The notes: a model not told the origin generated them from the sequence alone. A DNA stretch of 58,294 nucleotides from Acidimicrobiia bacterium (GCA_036498645.1 DASYFC010000201.1:1-58294), one strand, 5' to 3'; shown: positions 16,169 through 25,447, counted from the stretch's first letter. Numbers and translations: made by a program.

Positions 16169-18826
16169 CTACTTGGCTTCGGCCCACGTGGGACCGAACC
16201 CGAGGTCGACGACGAGCGGGACCTTCAGGGTGCACACGGACTCCATGACCTCGCGCACGAGCGCCTCGACGCGTTCGCGTTCGTCGAGCGGCACCTCGAG
16301 CACCAGCTCGTCGTGGACGGTGAGGACCATGCGGGCGCGGAGACCGGCGTCGTCGAGCGCCTGATCGAGCTCGACCATCGCCAGTTTGAAGACGTCGGCG
16401 GCCGAGCCTTGCACCGGCGCGTTCTGCGCCATGCGCTCCCCCATCTGCCGGATGCGGAAGTTGTCGGACGACAGCTCGGTGATCTGACGGCGACGGCCGA
16501 AGATCGTCGTCGTGTAGCCGCGCTGTTTCGCCTCTCGCACCGTGCTGTCCATGAACTCCTTCACGTTCGGGAAGCTCGCGAAGTAGTTGTCGAGGATCTC
16601 GCGTGCTTCCTCGGTCGGGACGCCGAGGCGCTGGCCGAGCCCGTACGCCTCCATCCCGTACGCGAGGCCGAAGTTGACGACCTTCGCGAAGCGGCGCTGG
16701 AAGGGATCGACGTCTTTCTCGTCGACGCCGAAGACCATCGCCGCCGTCGTGGTGTGGATGTCGGCGCTGCGGGAGAACGCTTCGACCAGCCCGGGATCGT
16801 CCGTGAGATGCGCGAGCACCCGCAGTTCGATCTGCGAGTAGTCGGCCGTCAGCAGCCCGCAGCCTTCGTCGGCGATGAACGCACGCCGCATCTCCCGGCC
16901 GTCGGCTGTGCGCACGGGGACGTTCTGGAGGTTCGGGTTCTCGCTCGAGATGCGACCGGTCGTCGTGTCGGTCTGCTTGAAGGTGGCGTGGATGCGCCCG
17001 TCGTCGTGGATGAGCGGAGGCAATGCGTCGGCGTACGTGCTGCGGAGCTTCTCGACTTCGCGGTAGCGCAAGAGGTCTTCGATGATCGGGTGCTCGTCGA
17101 CCATCTTCTGGAGCGAGTCGGCGTCGGTCGACGGGCCGGTCTTCGTCTTCTTCACCGGCGCCAAGCCGAGCTTCTCGAAGAGGACCTCGCGCAGCTGGGG
17201 CGTGGAGTTCACATTGAACTCCATCCCGGCGTGAGCCTGGATCTTCCCCACGAGGTCCTCGCAGCTCTGCGCGAGCTCGGCGCGCAGGCCCTCGAGGAAC
17301 TGGCGGTCGACCTTGACGCCGGCGTCCTCCATCCGCGCCAGCACACGTACGAGCGGCCGCTCGACGCGCTCGTAGAGGTCGGTGAGCTCGCGTGCCTCCA
17401 GCGCCTCGGCGAGCGTTCCGGCGAGGCGGCGCACAGCCAGGGCGCGCCGTCCCGTCTCTTCGACGCGGGACTGGCCGTCGAGGTCGAGGTCGAGCGTGCC
17501 CTCCTCGGCGTCGGGTGAGCGCACCTCGAGCGACAGATACCGCAGCGCAAGGTCCTCGAGCAGGTACTTCCCCTCGGCGGGATCCAGCAGGTACGCCATC
17601 ACCGCCGTGTCGTACCGCAGCGAGCGCACGTCGACGGGAAGGCCGTGCATCAGCTCCTTGGCGCGGTGGACGACCAGAGGCGGGCCGCCTTCACCGACGA
17701 GCGCGCCGAGTGCGTCGCTCACCTTCGCGTCGCGCAGCACGTCGCCGTCGATGTAGTCGGCGCGCCCGTCCTCGTTGCTGGCGGCGATGCCGAGCAGCGG
17801 GCTGCGGCCGGCGTCAGCTTCCCACCGGCCCTCGAGCACGTACGCGTCATCGACCGCGCCGAGGTCGCGCAACCGCGTAGCGGCCGCCGCCGCGTCCGGG
17901 ACGATCGCGACGTCGGCGTCGAACGACTCTGCCTCGGGCTCGGAGGCCTCTTCGCCGACCGCCTCGAACAATCGGGGCAGGAGCGTTCGGAACTCGAGCT
18001 GGTCGAACAGCACTCGCACCTGCTCGCGATCCCACGAGCGCTGCCGGAGGTCGGCGGCCGAGAAGTCGACCTCCACGTCCGACCGCAGCCGCGACATCTC
18101 GCGGTTGAGGAACACGCGGTCGCGTGCCTCACCGAGGTTCTGCCGTTGCTTGGGCGGCAACTCGTCGACGTGCTCGTAGATGCCCTCGAGGTCGCCGTAC
18201 GTCGAGACGAGCTTCGCCGCCGTCTTCTCGCCGATGCCGGGAACCCCGGGAAGGTTGTCGCTGGTGTCGCCGCGGAGCGCGGCATAGTCGGGATACTGCG
18301 CGGCGGTGACGCCACCGGTGCGCTCGACGATGCCGGCCTCGTCGTAGAGGACGTAGTCCGAGACGCCCCGCCGGTTGTACAGGACCTTGACGTGCGGGTC
18401 GTGGACGAGCTGGTAGGTGTCGCGGTCGCCGGTGACGATCACGGTGTCGATCCCCTCCCCCGCCGCCTGCTCGGCGAGGGTGGCGATGACGTCGTCGGCT
18501 TCGACCCCCTCGACCTCGACCGTGGGGATCGCGAGCGCTTCGAGCACCTCGTGGATCAACGGCAGCTGCGAGGAGAACACGTCCGGCGTCTCCTTGCGCC
18601 CCGCCTTGTACTCGGCGTCCATCTCGTCCCGGAACGTCGGCGCCCCGGTGTCGAAGGCGACGGCGATGTAGTCGGGCTTCTCGTCCCCGAGCATCTTGAT
18701 CAGCATCGAGGTGAAGCCGTAGACGGCGTTCGTGATCGTCCCGGTGCGGGTCGCGAGGTCGGTGGGGAGGGCATAAAAGGCCCGGTACGCCAGCGAGTGA
18801 CCGTCAAGAAGAAGGAGCTTTTTCAT
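16169..18826 (-). CDS. polA: DNA polymerase I
   Basis: 885 aa. The 5'-nuclease N-terminus is LLLLDGHSLAYRAFYALP. Polymerase motif A is LLTADYSQIELRVLAH, motif B RRFAKVVNFGLAYGM and motif C LTVHDELVLE. Confidence 0.97.
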   Translation of the reverse strand: MKKLLLLDGHSLAYRAFYALPTDLATRTGTITNAVYGFTSMLIKMLGDEKPDYIAVAFDTGAPTFRDEMDAEYKAGRKETPDVFSSQLPLIHEVLEALAIPTVEVEGVEADDVIATLAEQAAGEGIDTVIVTGDRDTYQLVHDPHVKVLYNRRGVSDYVLYDEAGIVERTGGVTAAQYPDYAALRGDTSDNLPGVPGIGEKTAAKLVSTYGDLEGIYEHVDELPPKQRQNLGEARDRVFLNREMSRLRSDVEVDFSAADLRQRSWDREQVRVLFDQLEFRTLLPRLFEAVGEEASEPEAESFDADVAIVPDAAAAATRLRDLGAVDDAYVLEGRWEADAGRSPLLGIAASNEDGRADYIDGDVLRDAKVSDALGALVGEGGPPLVVHRAKELMHGLPVDVRSLRYDTAVMAYLLDPAEGKYLLEDLALRYLSLEVRSPDAEEGTLDLDLDGQSRVEETGRRALAVRRLAGTLAEALEARELTDLYERVERPLVRVLARMEDAGVKVDRQFLEGLRAELAQSCEDLVGKIQAHAGMEFNVNSTPQLREVLFEKLGLAPVKKTKTGPSTDADSLQKMVDEHPIIEDLLRYREVEKLRSTYADALPPLIHDDGRIHATFKQTDTTTGRISSENPNLQNVPVRTADGREMRRAFIADEGCGLLTADYSQIELRVLAHLTDDPGLVEAFSRSADIHTTTAAMVFGVDEKDVDPFQRRFAKVVNFGLAYGMEAYGLGQRLGVPTEEAREILDNYFASFPNVKEFMDSTVREAKQRGYTTTIFGRRRQITELSSDNFRIRQMGERMAQNAPVQGSAADVFKLAMVELDQALDDAGLRARMVLTVHDELVLEVPLDERERVEALVREVMESVCTLKVPLVVDLGFGPTWAEAK

Positions 18827-18852
18827 CTATCTCCTGTCGCCGTCGCAAGCTC

Positions 18853-18880
18853 CGGCTCTGCGGCTCGGTCGGCAGAGCCG
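18853..18880 (-). other. 9-bp GC-rich hairpin between the small membrane-protein gene and polA
   Basis: CGGCTCTGC (18853-18861) pairs with GCAGAGCCG (18872-18880) around a 10-nt loop. No U-tract follows. Confidence 0.25.
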
Positions 18881-18980
18881 CCGATGCCGCGTCTCGATCG
18901 TATGCCCGGGACTCCCCGCTCGACGCGGAGAGTCGCCGGCGCCGAGGCCGGGGACTCTCGTTCGTGGGCGCTTTGGCTGG

Positions 18981-19178
18981 TCAGAACGCAGCGTTGATCT
19001 GAGTCCACATGCTCGGAAACACGAAGAAGGCCAACCCGATGGCCACGAGCCCTACGGAGCCCCCGGCACGGCGGCCGGCGGTCGGCCCCGCGAAGGCGGC
19101 GACGACGAAGCAGGCAACGGCGATGATGTAGAAGATCGCTAGCTCTTTTGACGCGGGTTCGAACGCGGCGAGCAGCAT
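18981..19178 (-). CDS. Small two-helix membrane protein (65 aa)
   Basis: ATG at 19178 is preceded by GGAGGA. MLLAAFEPASKELAIFYIIAVACFVVAAFAG...VGLVAIGLAFFVFPSMW. Confidence 0.5.
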   Translation of the reverse strand: MLLAAFEPASKELAIFYIIAVACFVVAAFAGPTAGRRAGGSVGLVAIGLAFFVFPSMWTQINAAF

Positions 19179-19270
19179 TGAATCCTCCAGGTCCGGACGG
19201 CCGGGCTCGGCCGTCTCTGCTCGCTGGGTACCCGCGCCCTGCTGGCGGGAAACGGAATCGGGCGCGCGGT

Positions 19271-19852
19271 TCAGGGAGTGACTTCGCCGTCGACCACGCG
19301 ACGCGCGACGTCGTGCACCTTGATCCGGTTGTGCATGGCCTGCTGTTGGAGGAACCGCCACGCTTCTTGTTCGGTCTTCCCGTGCTGGTCCATGAGGACG
19401 CCCTTGGCGCGGTCGATCGTCTTGCGTTCCTCGAGTCGCTCGGCGAGGTTGCCGACATCCCGCTCGAGGGACGCGAGCTCTGCATAGCGACCGAGCGCCA
19501 TCTCGATGGCCGGGATGAGATCGCTCTTCTGGAACGGCTTGACCAGGTAGGCGAGGGCGCCGGCGTCGCGGGCTTGCTCGACCAGGTCACGCTGCGAGAA
19601 GGCGGTGAGCACGAGCACCGCGGCGAGACGCTCACTCGTGATGTGGCGCGCCGCGGTGAGCCCGTCCATGCCCGGCATCTTGATGTCGAGGATCACGAGG
19701 TCGGGCTGGTTCTGGCGCACGAGCTCGATGGCCTCGTCGCCACGCCCGGTCTCGCCCACGACCTCGTAGCCCTCCTCTTCGAGGAGCTCTTTCAGATCGA
19801 GACGGATGATCGCCTCGTCTTCCGCGATCACGACGCGTGTGGGATCCGGCAC
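19271..19852 (-). CDS. pdtaR: ANTAR-domain response regulator (PdtaR-like)
   Basis: GTG at 19852. Receiver domain RVVIAEDEAIIRLDLKELL and ILDIKMPGMDG. ANTAR domain IDRAKGVLMDQHGKTEQEAWRFLQQQAMHNRIKVHDVARRVV. Confidence 0.85.
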   Translation of the reverse strand: MPDPTRVVIAEDEAIIRLDLKELLEEEGYEVVGETGRGDEAIELVRQNQPDLVILDIKMPGMDGLTAARHITSERLAAVLVLTAFSQRDLVEQARDAGALAYLVKPFQKSDLIPAIEMALGRYAELASLERDVGNLAERLEERKTIDRAKGVLMDQHGKTEQEAWRFLQQQAMHNRIKVHDVARRVVDGEVTP

Positions 19853-19878
19853 GGGCGCGCTCCGTGGTTCGGGAGTGG

Positions 19879-20178
19879 TCAGTGGGCGGAGAGCTCGGCC
19901 GCCATACGGTCGAGCAGCGCATCCTGCTCGCGCTCGAGCTCGGCGATCGACCCGGCGAGCGAGTCCCGGTGATGCGCGAGAGCGTCCGCATGGCGGCGGG
20001 CGTCGCGAGCCTCGACGTCGCCGAGCGGCGTCTCCGCCACGAGGGCGCGCAGGCGAGCTTCGTCGGCCTCGTCCTCGAGGAACGAAACCTGCTCGTCGGT
20101 GACTGCCAGCTCGGTCCGCAGACGCTTGAGCCGCTCGCTCACGTCGACGAGCCGTCGCTGGAGGATCGACTGGGACAT
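19879..20178 (-). CDS. Hypothetical coiled-coil protein (99 aa)
   Basis: Heptad-like MSQSILQRRLVDVSERLKRLRTELAVTDEQVSFLEDEADEARLRAL. High GC3. Lies 26 nt upstream of pdtaR. Confidence 0.45.
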   Translation of the reverse strand: MSQSILQRRLVDVSERLKRLRTELAVTDEQVSFLEDEADEARLRALVAETPLGDVEARDARRHADALAHHRDSLAGSIAELEREQDALLDRMAAELSAH

Positions 20179-20240
20179 GGGACCGGCAGTCTACGGCCTC
20201 GGGCCGCCAATCCCATGGGAAACCGGGCCACAATGGGAGT

Positions 20241-21407
20241 GTGGACGTCCCCAGCGCGATCTTCACGCCCGAGCACGACGAGCTGCGCGCCGCCGTGCGA
20301 CGGTTCGTCGACAAGGAGTTGGCCCCGTCGGTCGACGAGTGGGAAGCAGCGGGATATTTCCCCGATTGGGTGTTCCGGCGTTGCGGCGAGCTCGGCTTCC
20401 TCGGGTTGCACTACCCCGAGCGCTGGGGCGGCGCCGGCGGCGACCTCGCCGCGGAGATCGTCTTCATCGAGGAGCTCTCGCACTGTGGGGCGGGCGCGAT
20501 CCCGATGGCGATCTCGGTGCAGACCGACATGGCGACGCCGGCGCTGGCGGAGTTCGGCACCGACGAGCAGCGTGAGCGTTACCTGCGCCCCGCGATCGCG
20601 GGCGAGAAGATCGGCGCGATCACTGTCTCCGAGCCCGACGCCGGCTCGGACGTCGCCAACATCTCGACGCGCGCGGTGCGAGACGGCGAGACGTGGATCG
20701 TCAACGGCCGCAAGATGTTCATCACCAACGGCGCCCGCGCCGACTTCTTGACGCTCGTGGTCCAGACCGAGCCGGGCTCGGGGTACCGCGGCATCTCGTT
20801 GTTCCTCGTCGACACGGATCTGCCGGGTGTGTCGGTGTCCCGGACGCTGAAGAAGCTCGGGATGTGCTCGAGCGACACCGCCGAGATCGCGCTCGACGAC
20901 GTGCCCGTTCCGCACGCGAACCTCATCGGCCTCGAGCCCGGCCAGGGGTTCTCGCAGCAGATGTGGCAGTTCCAGTACGAGCGGTTGGCGAGCGCCGCCG
21001 CGTGCGTCGGGCAAGCCGAGAAGATCCTCGGGGAGACCATCACCTACGCCCGGGAGCGGCGGGCATTCGGAAAGCCCATCGCCGACCATCAGGTGATCGC
21101 GCACATGCTCGCCGACGCCGCCACCGAGCTCGAAGCCGGGCGCGCGCTCCTCTACGCGACCGTGTGGCGGATCCAGCACGGTGAGTACCCGGTGGCGGAG
21201 ATCTCGATGGCAAAGAAGTACTGCGCCCAGATGCAGAACCGCCTCGCCGACACGTGCCTGCAGGTGTACGGCGGCTACGGGTACATGGACGAGACGCCGG
21301 TGAGCCGGGCCTGGCGCGATGCCCGCCTCCAGCGCATCGGTGCCGGCACCGACCAGATCATGAACAACGTGATCGCCAAACGGCTCGGCATCAGCGCCGG
21401 CGACTGA
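20241..21407 (+). CDS. Acyl-CoA dehydrogenase
   Basis: 388 aa. Motifs GAITVSEPDAGSDVANI, FITNG and YGGYGYMDETPVSRAWRDARLQRIGAGTDQIM. GGGAG lies before the GTG start. Confidence 0.9.
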   Translation: MDVPSAIFTPEHDELRAAVRRFVDKELAPSVDEWEAAGYFPDWVFRRCGELGFLGLHYPERWGGAGGDLAAEIVFIEELSHCGAGAIPMAISVQTDMATPALAEFGTDEQRERYLRPAIAGEKIGAITVSEPDAGSDVANISTRAVRDGETWIVNGRKMFITNGARADFLTLVVQTEPGSGYRGISLFLVDTDLPGVSVSRTLKKLGMCSSDTAEIALDDVPVPHANLIGLEPGQGFSQQMWQFQYERLASAAACVGQAEKILGETITYARERRAFGKPIADHQVIAHMLADAATELEAGRALLYATVWRIQHGEYPVAEISMAKKYCAQMQNRLADTCLQVYGGYGYMDETPVSRAWRDARLQRIGAGTDQIMNNVIAKRLGISAGD

Positions 21408-21457
21408 GTGACGGACCTCCCACGAGCCGTTCGGATGCGTCAGTAATCTGACCGCAG

Positions 21458-21541
21458 GCCCGGGTGGCGCAATTGGCTGACGCGATGGACTCAAAATCCA
21501 TTGTCCGAAAGGACGTGCGGGTTCGAGTCCCGCCCCGGGCA
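21458..21541 (+). tRNA. tRNA-Leu (anticodon CAA), class II with a long variable arm
   Basis: Acceptor stem GCCCGGG/CCCGGGC plus discriminator A. Anticodon stem ATGGA/TCCAT with loop CTCAAAA. Variable arm TGTCCGAAAGGACG. T-arm GCGGG-TTCGAGT-CCCGC. No encoded CCA. Confidence 0.85.
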
Positions 21542-21646
21542 CAGTTCACTCCGTCGGAAGCGGTTTGACCGTTCTGAAAAACGCGGTAGGTGGGTACCCC
21601 CTCGTTAGGATGCACGACTAGACGCGCGGAGCGGTGCGGAGTGGTG

Positions 21647-21910
21647 ATGTACCTCGCCCTGGAAACCAATCAGTGGGTGGCCATCCTTGTCGGGGTCGCC
21701 TGTCTCGGAGCACTTGTCGTCATCGTGGTGGCGCCGTGGCGCCGGATCCGGTCGGAACCCCGGATCCCCGACGACGTCGAGTCGAGGATCCTGCTCGGTG
21801 AAGATCCGAAGGAGATCGCCCAGGAGGAGGACAAGGAGGAGGCCGAGGGACCATCGGGCCCCCGCGCCGAGGTCTTCGACCTCGACCCCGAGCGCCGCTC
21901 CTCGGCGTAG
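21647..21910 (+). CDS. Small membrane protein with an acidic tail (87 aa)
   Basis: ATG at 21647 follows GGAG. MYLALETNQWVAILVGVACLGALVVIVVAPW, then a charged C-terminus. Confidence 0.5.
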   Translation: MYLALETNQWVAILVGVACLGALVVIVVAPWRRIRSEPRIPDDVESRILLGEDPKEIAQEEDKEEAEGPSGPRAEVFDLDPERRSSA

Positions 21911-21913
21911 CTG

Positions 21914-22354
21914 CTACTCAGCGTTCGCGTTCGCGAGCGCGAAGAACAGCCGTGCTTCGCACGCCACCTTCCCGTCGACCGTTGCCCGTCCCCGGCCCCA
22001 GCCGCCCCGGGCGCTGAGGCGCTCGAGCTCGACTTCTGTCACCAACTCGTCGCCGGGACGCACGAGGCGGCGGAATCGCACCTTCTCCACCCCACCGAAG
22101 AGCGGCAGCTTGCCGGCGTAGCGTTCGTCGGCCAGCACGGCGACGGCACCCGCCTGTGCCAGCGCCTCGAGCTGCAGGACGCCGGGAAACACCGGGTTTC
22201 CGGGGAAGTGACCGGCGAGGAACGCCTCGTCGCCGGTCACTCGGTAGCGGCCTCGCACGGAGACGCCGGGCTCGAGGGCGTCCACGACGTCGACGAACCG
22301 GAACGGCGGCCGGTGCGGGAGCAGGGCGATGAGCGCGTCCGAATCGATCCCCAC
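21914..22354 (-). CDS. fabZ: 3-hydroxyacyl-ACP dehydratase FabZ
   Basis: GTG at 22354. LLPHRPPFRFVD and the hotdog active-site block GHFPGNPVFPGVLQLEALAQ. Confidence 0.8.
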   Translation of the reverse strand: MGIDSDALIALLPHRPPFRFVDVVDALEPGVSVRGRYRVTGDEAFLAGHFPGNPVFPGVLQLEALAQAGAVAVLADERYAGKLPLFGGVEKVRFRRLVRPGDELVTEVELERLSARGGWGRGRATVDGKVACEARLFFALANANAE

Positions 22355-22492
22355 CGGCTCCGCGTCCTCAGGTCGCCTCCACGATCGACGAGACGTTACA
22401 TGCCGTTTTCCTGAGCGCAACCTGAGCGTGTAACCCTGCGCCGGCACCGTTGGTCGGAGCCAACAACCACACGTTCGGGCGGAAGCGAGCTC

Positions 22493-23407
22493 GTGGGCAT
22501 CGCCGTCATCTTCCCCGGTCAGGGGACTCAATCCGAAGGCATGGGCGCGCCGTGGCGCGACCACCCCGCGTGGGGCGTCGTCGACCGCGCCGAGGCCGCC
22601 CTGGGCGAGCCCCTCTCCTCTCTCGTCCTCGACGCCCCCACCGAGCAGCTGGCCCGAACCCGGGAGGCCCAGCTCGCCGTCCTGTTGACGTCGCTGGTGG
22701 CGTGGGAGGCCGTGCGCGAGCGCATCGAGGCGCCGATTGCGTTCGCCGGCCACTCCCTCGGGCAGGTCACGGCGCTCATCGCGTCGGGAGCGCTGCCGCT
22801 CGAGGAGGGTGTGCAGTTCGCAGCCCGGCGGGCGGAGCTCACGCAGGCGGCCGCCGACACCCATCCCGGCCGCATGGCTGCGCTGCTGGGCGCCTCGCTC
22901 GAACAGGCCGAAGAGGCGTGCCGGGCTGCGCCGGACGGGTGCTGGATCGCCAACGACAACGCCCCCGGCCAGGTCGTGATCGCCGGCACCCCGGACGGCG
23001 TCGATGAGGGGTCCGCCGCAGCCAAGGAGTTGGGGGTGAAGCGGGCCACGCCGTTGAACGTCGGCGGTGCTTTCCACACGCCGCTGATGCGTGACGCCGC
23101 CGAAGGCCTCGCGGCAGAGCTGCCGGCGGTCCCCCTGTCGCCGCCGGACGCTCCGGTCGTCTCGAACGGGGACGCCCAGCCGTACGACGACGCCGACGGC
23201 TGGCGCTCCCGCCTCGCCGTGCACGTCACGGATCCGGTCCGGTGGCGCACGTCGATGCAGACCATCGCCGGCATGGGGACGACACGGTGCCTCGAAGTTG
23301 GACACGGCTCGATGTTGGCGACCCTGGCGAAGCGGATCGTGCCCGATCTGCCCGTCCAGGGCGTGGCCACCCCCGCAGATCTACCCGCGCTCACGGAGGT
23401 TCGATGA
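22493..23407 (+). CDS. fabD: Malonyl-CoA:ACP transacylase
   Basis: GTG start. IFPGQGTQSEGMG and the active-site block FAGHSLGQVTAL. Confidence 0.92.
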   Translation: MGIAVIFPGQGTQSEGMGAPWRDHPAWGVVDRAEAALGEPLSSLVLDAPTEQLARTREAQLAVLLTSLVAWEAVRERIEAPIAFAGHSLGQVTALIASGALPLEEGVQFAARRAELTQAAADTHPGRMAALLGASLEQAEEACRAAPDGCWIANDNAPGQVVIAGTPDGVDEGSAAAKELGVKRATPLNVGGAFHTPLMRDAAEGLAAELPAVPLSPPDAPVVSNGDAQPYDDADGWRSRLAVHVTDPVRWRTSMQTIAGMGTTRCLEVGHGSMLATLAKRIVPDLPVQGVATPADLPALTEVR

Positions 23408-23679
23408 CCATGGAGTTGGCACTCGTGCACGGCGAGGGCCTGGCGGTGCCCGAACGGGTGATCGTGGCCCCCTCGGTCGGAGTGTTCCGTCCGCTGTTCG
23501 GCCACGACGTCGCGTGTGGTCAGAGTGTCGACGCCGGGCAGGCTGTAGGTGTGATCGAAGGGCCGGGAATCTCGACCCCCGTCCGCAGTCCCTTCCGGGG
23601 CATCCTCGCCGGTCTGCTCGCCGACGACGGCGAGCGTCTCCGTCAGGGCGAGCCCGTCGCCTGGCTGCGAGTCGCATAG
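23404..23679 (+). CDS. Biotinyl/lipoyl-domain-like protein lacking any lysine (91 aa)
   Basis: The ATG overlaps the fabD stop (ATGA). APSVGVFRP...GQSVDAGQAVGVIEGPGISTPVRSPFRGILAGLL aligns with the BCCP C-terminal domain, with the EAMKM motif replaced by EGPGI. The whole protein has no K. Confidence 0.55.
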   Translation: MTMELALVHGEGLAVPERVIVAPSVGVFRPLFGHDVACGQSVDAGQAVGVIEGPGISTPVRSPFRGILAGLLADDGERLRQGEPVAWLRVA

Positions 23680-23681
23680 CG

Positions 23682-24668
23682 GTGCGCGCCTGCGTCGGCG
23701 GCTGGGGAACGGCCGTTCCGGAAAAGCTCGTCACGAATGCCGAGATGGAGCAGCGCGTCGACACCACCGACGCGTGGATCGTCGAACGCACCGGCATTCG
23801 GGAGCGGCACGTCGCGGCGACGACGGACACGACCGCTTCGCTCGCCATCGACGCCGGCACGGCGGCCATCAAGAACGCCGGCATCCCACCCGACGCGGTC
23901 GACCTGCTCATCGTCGCCACCGCAAGCCCGGAGCAGCCGATCCCCCACACCGGTGCGTTCGTCGGCGAGGGACTCGGGCTTCGATGTGGCTCGTTCGACC
24001 TCGGCGCCGGGTGCGCCGGGTTCGTCTACATGCTTGTGGTCGGCTCGTCGCTTCTGACCACAGGCAACCTCGATCACGTGTTGATCGTCGGCGCCGAGAT
24101 CCTGAGCCGCATCATCGACCCCGACGACCGGTCGACGTCCATCCTCTTCGGCGACGGCGCAGCCGCCGCCGTCCTCAGCCGCTCCCCCGACGACGGGCCC
24201 GGCGTCCTGGCGTGGGACCTCGGATGCGACGGCTCTGCGGCCGGGCTGCTCGAGATCCGCGCCGGCGGCAGCCGCATGCCGGCGACGGCCGAGACCATCG
24301 CCGCCGGCGAGCAGTACCTGAAGATGCAGGGCCAGGAAGTCTTCCGGCGAGCAGTGCGGGTCGTCGTCGAGTCGGCGCGCACGACGCTCGATCGCGCCGG
24401 GGTGGCAGCCTCGGACGTGGCCTGGTTCGTCCCGCACCAGGCGAACATCCGCATCATCGAATCTGCTTCGAGCCGCTTGGGGATCCCGGCGGAGCGCACG
24501 ATCGTGAACATCGACCGCTACGGCAACACGTCGGCGGCGTCGATCCCGCTCGCGCTGGCGGAGGCCGCCGACGACGGGCGGCTCCGCGACGGCGACCTCG
24601 TGCTCATGTCGGGATTCGGCGCCGGCATGACTTGGGCCAGCGCTCTCCTGCAATGGGGCAAGCCGTGA
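23682..24668 (+). CDS. fabH: 3-oxoacyl-ACP synthase III
   Basis: GTG at 23682. Catalytic Cys block LGAGCAGFVY, VPHQANIRI and GNTSAASIPLAL. Confidence 0.92.
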   Translation: MRACVGGWGTAVPEKLVTNAEMEQRVDTTDAWIVERTGIRERHVAATTDTTASLAIDAGTAAIKNAGIPPDAVDLLIVATASPEQPIPHTGAFVGEGLGLRCGSFDLGAGCAGFVYMLVVGSSLLTTGNLDHVLIVGAEILSRIIDPDDRSTSILFGDGAAAAVLSRSPDDGPGVLAWDLGCDGSAAGLLEIRAGGSRMPATAETIAAGEQYLKMQGQEVFRRAVRVVVESARTTLDRAGVAASDVAWFVPHQANIRIIESASSRLGIPAERTIVNIDRYGNTSAASIPLALAEAADDGRLRDGDLVLMSGFGAGMTWASALLQWGKP

Positions 24669-25411
24669 CGGACGCTCGGACCGCGTTCGTGACCGGCGGG
24701 TCCCGCGGGATCGGCCGCGCGTGCGCGGTCGCGCTCGCCGAAGCCGGTCACCGCGTCGCGTTCTGCTACTCGAGCGACGACGACGGCGCCAAGGCCACGC
24801 GCGCGGCCGTCGAGAAAGCCGGCGCCGACACGCTTGCAGTGCGAACCGATATACGGGTTCCGGCCGCAGTGGACAGCGCGTTCGGCGAGATCGAACACGC
24901 GCTCGGACCTGTCGAGCTGCTCGTGAACAACGCCGGCACGACAGCCGATGGTCTCGTCGCCCGCATGTCGGACGAGCAATGGCAAAGCGTCATCGACACG
25001 AACCTCACCGGCGCGTTCCACACGATTCGGCGCGCCGCGCCCAAGATGATGCGCGCGCGGTGGGGCCGCATCGTGAACATTTCATCGGTCAGTGCACACC
25101 GCGGCGGGCCGGGCCAGGCGAACTACGCCGCGGCGAAGGCCGGGCTCTTGGGGCTGACGCGGTCGGTCGCCCGGGAGCTCGCGCCGCGCAACGTCACCTG
25201 CAACGTCGTCGCACCGGGGCCTATCGTGACTTCGATGACCGAAGGCCTCTCCGACGAGTGGCAGGTCAAGGCGGAGGAAGCGGTGCCACTGGGTAGGTTC
25301 GGCAGGCCGGACGAGGTGAGCGCCGTGGTGGCGTTTCTCTGTTCGGACCCGGCCGGGTACGTCACCGGAGCTCTGGTCCCCGTCGACGGGGGCCTGGGGA
25401 TGGGACACTGA
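24665..25411 (+). CDS. fabG: 3-oxoacyl-ACP reductase
   Basis: The GTG overlaps the fabH stop (GTGA). VTGGSRGIGRA, NNAG and the SDR catalytic motif YAAAKAG. Confidence 0.92.
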   Translation: MTDARTAFVTGGSRGIGRACAVALAEAGHRVAFCYSSDDDGAKATRAAVEKAGADTLAVRTDIRVPAAVDSAFGEIEHALGPVELLVNNAGTTADGLVARMSDEQWQSVIDTNLTGAFHTIRRAAPKMMRARWGRIVNISSVSAHRGGPGQANYAAAKAGLLGLTRSVARELAPRNVTCNVVAPGPIVTSMTEGLSDEWQVKAEEAVPLGRFGRPDEVSAVVAFLCSDPAGYVTGALVPVDGGLGMGH

Positions 25412-25447
25412 CCCCCCCCGACCATCCGTACACGACTGGAGGACTGG

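Noticed and set aside
21408-21646. tRNA-Leu as a possible integration hotspot or genomic island boundary
   Set aside because: There is no integrase, no direct repeat of the tRNA 3' end, and no compositionally foreign block on either side. The flanking genes are an acyl-CoA dehydrogenase and the FAS-II cluster.
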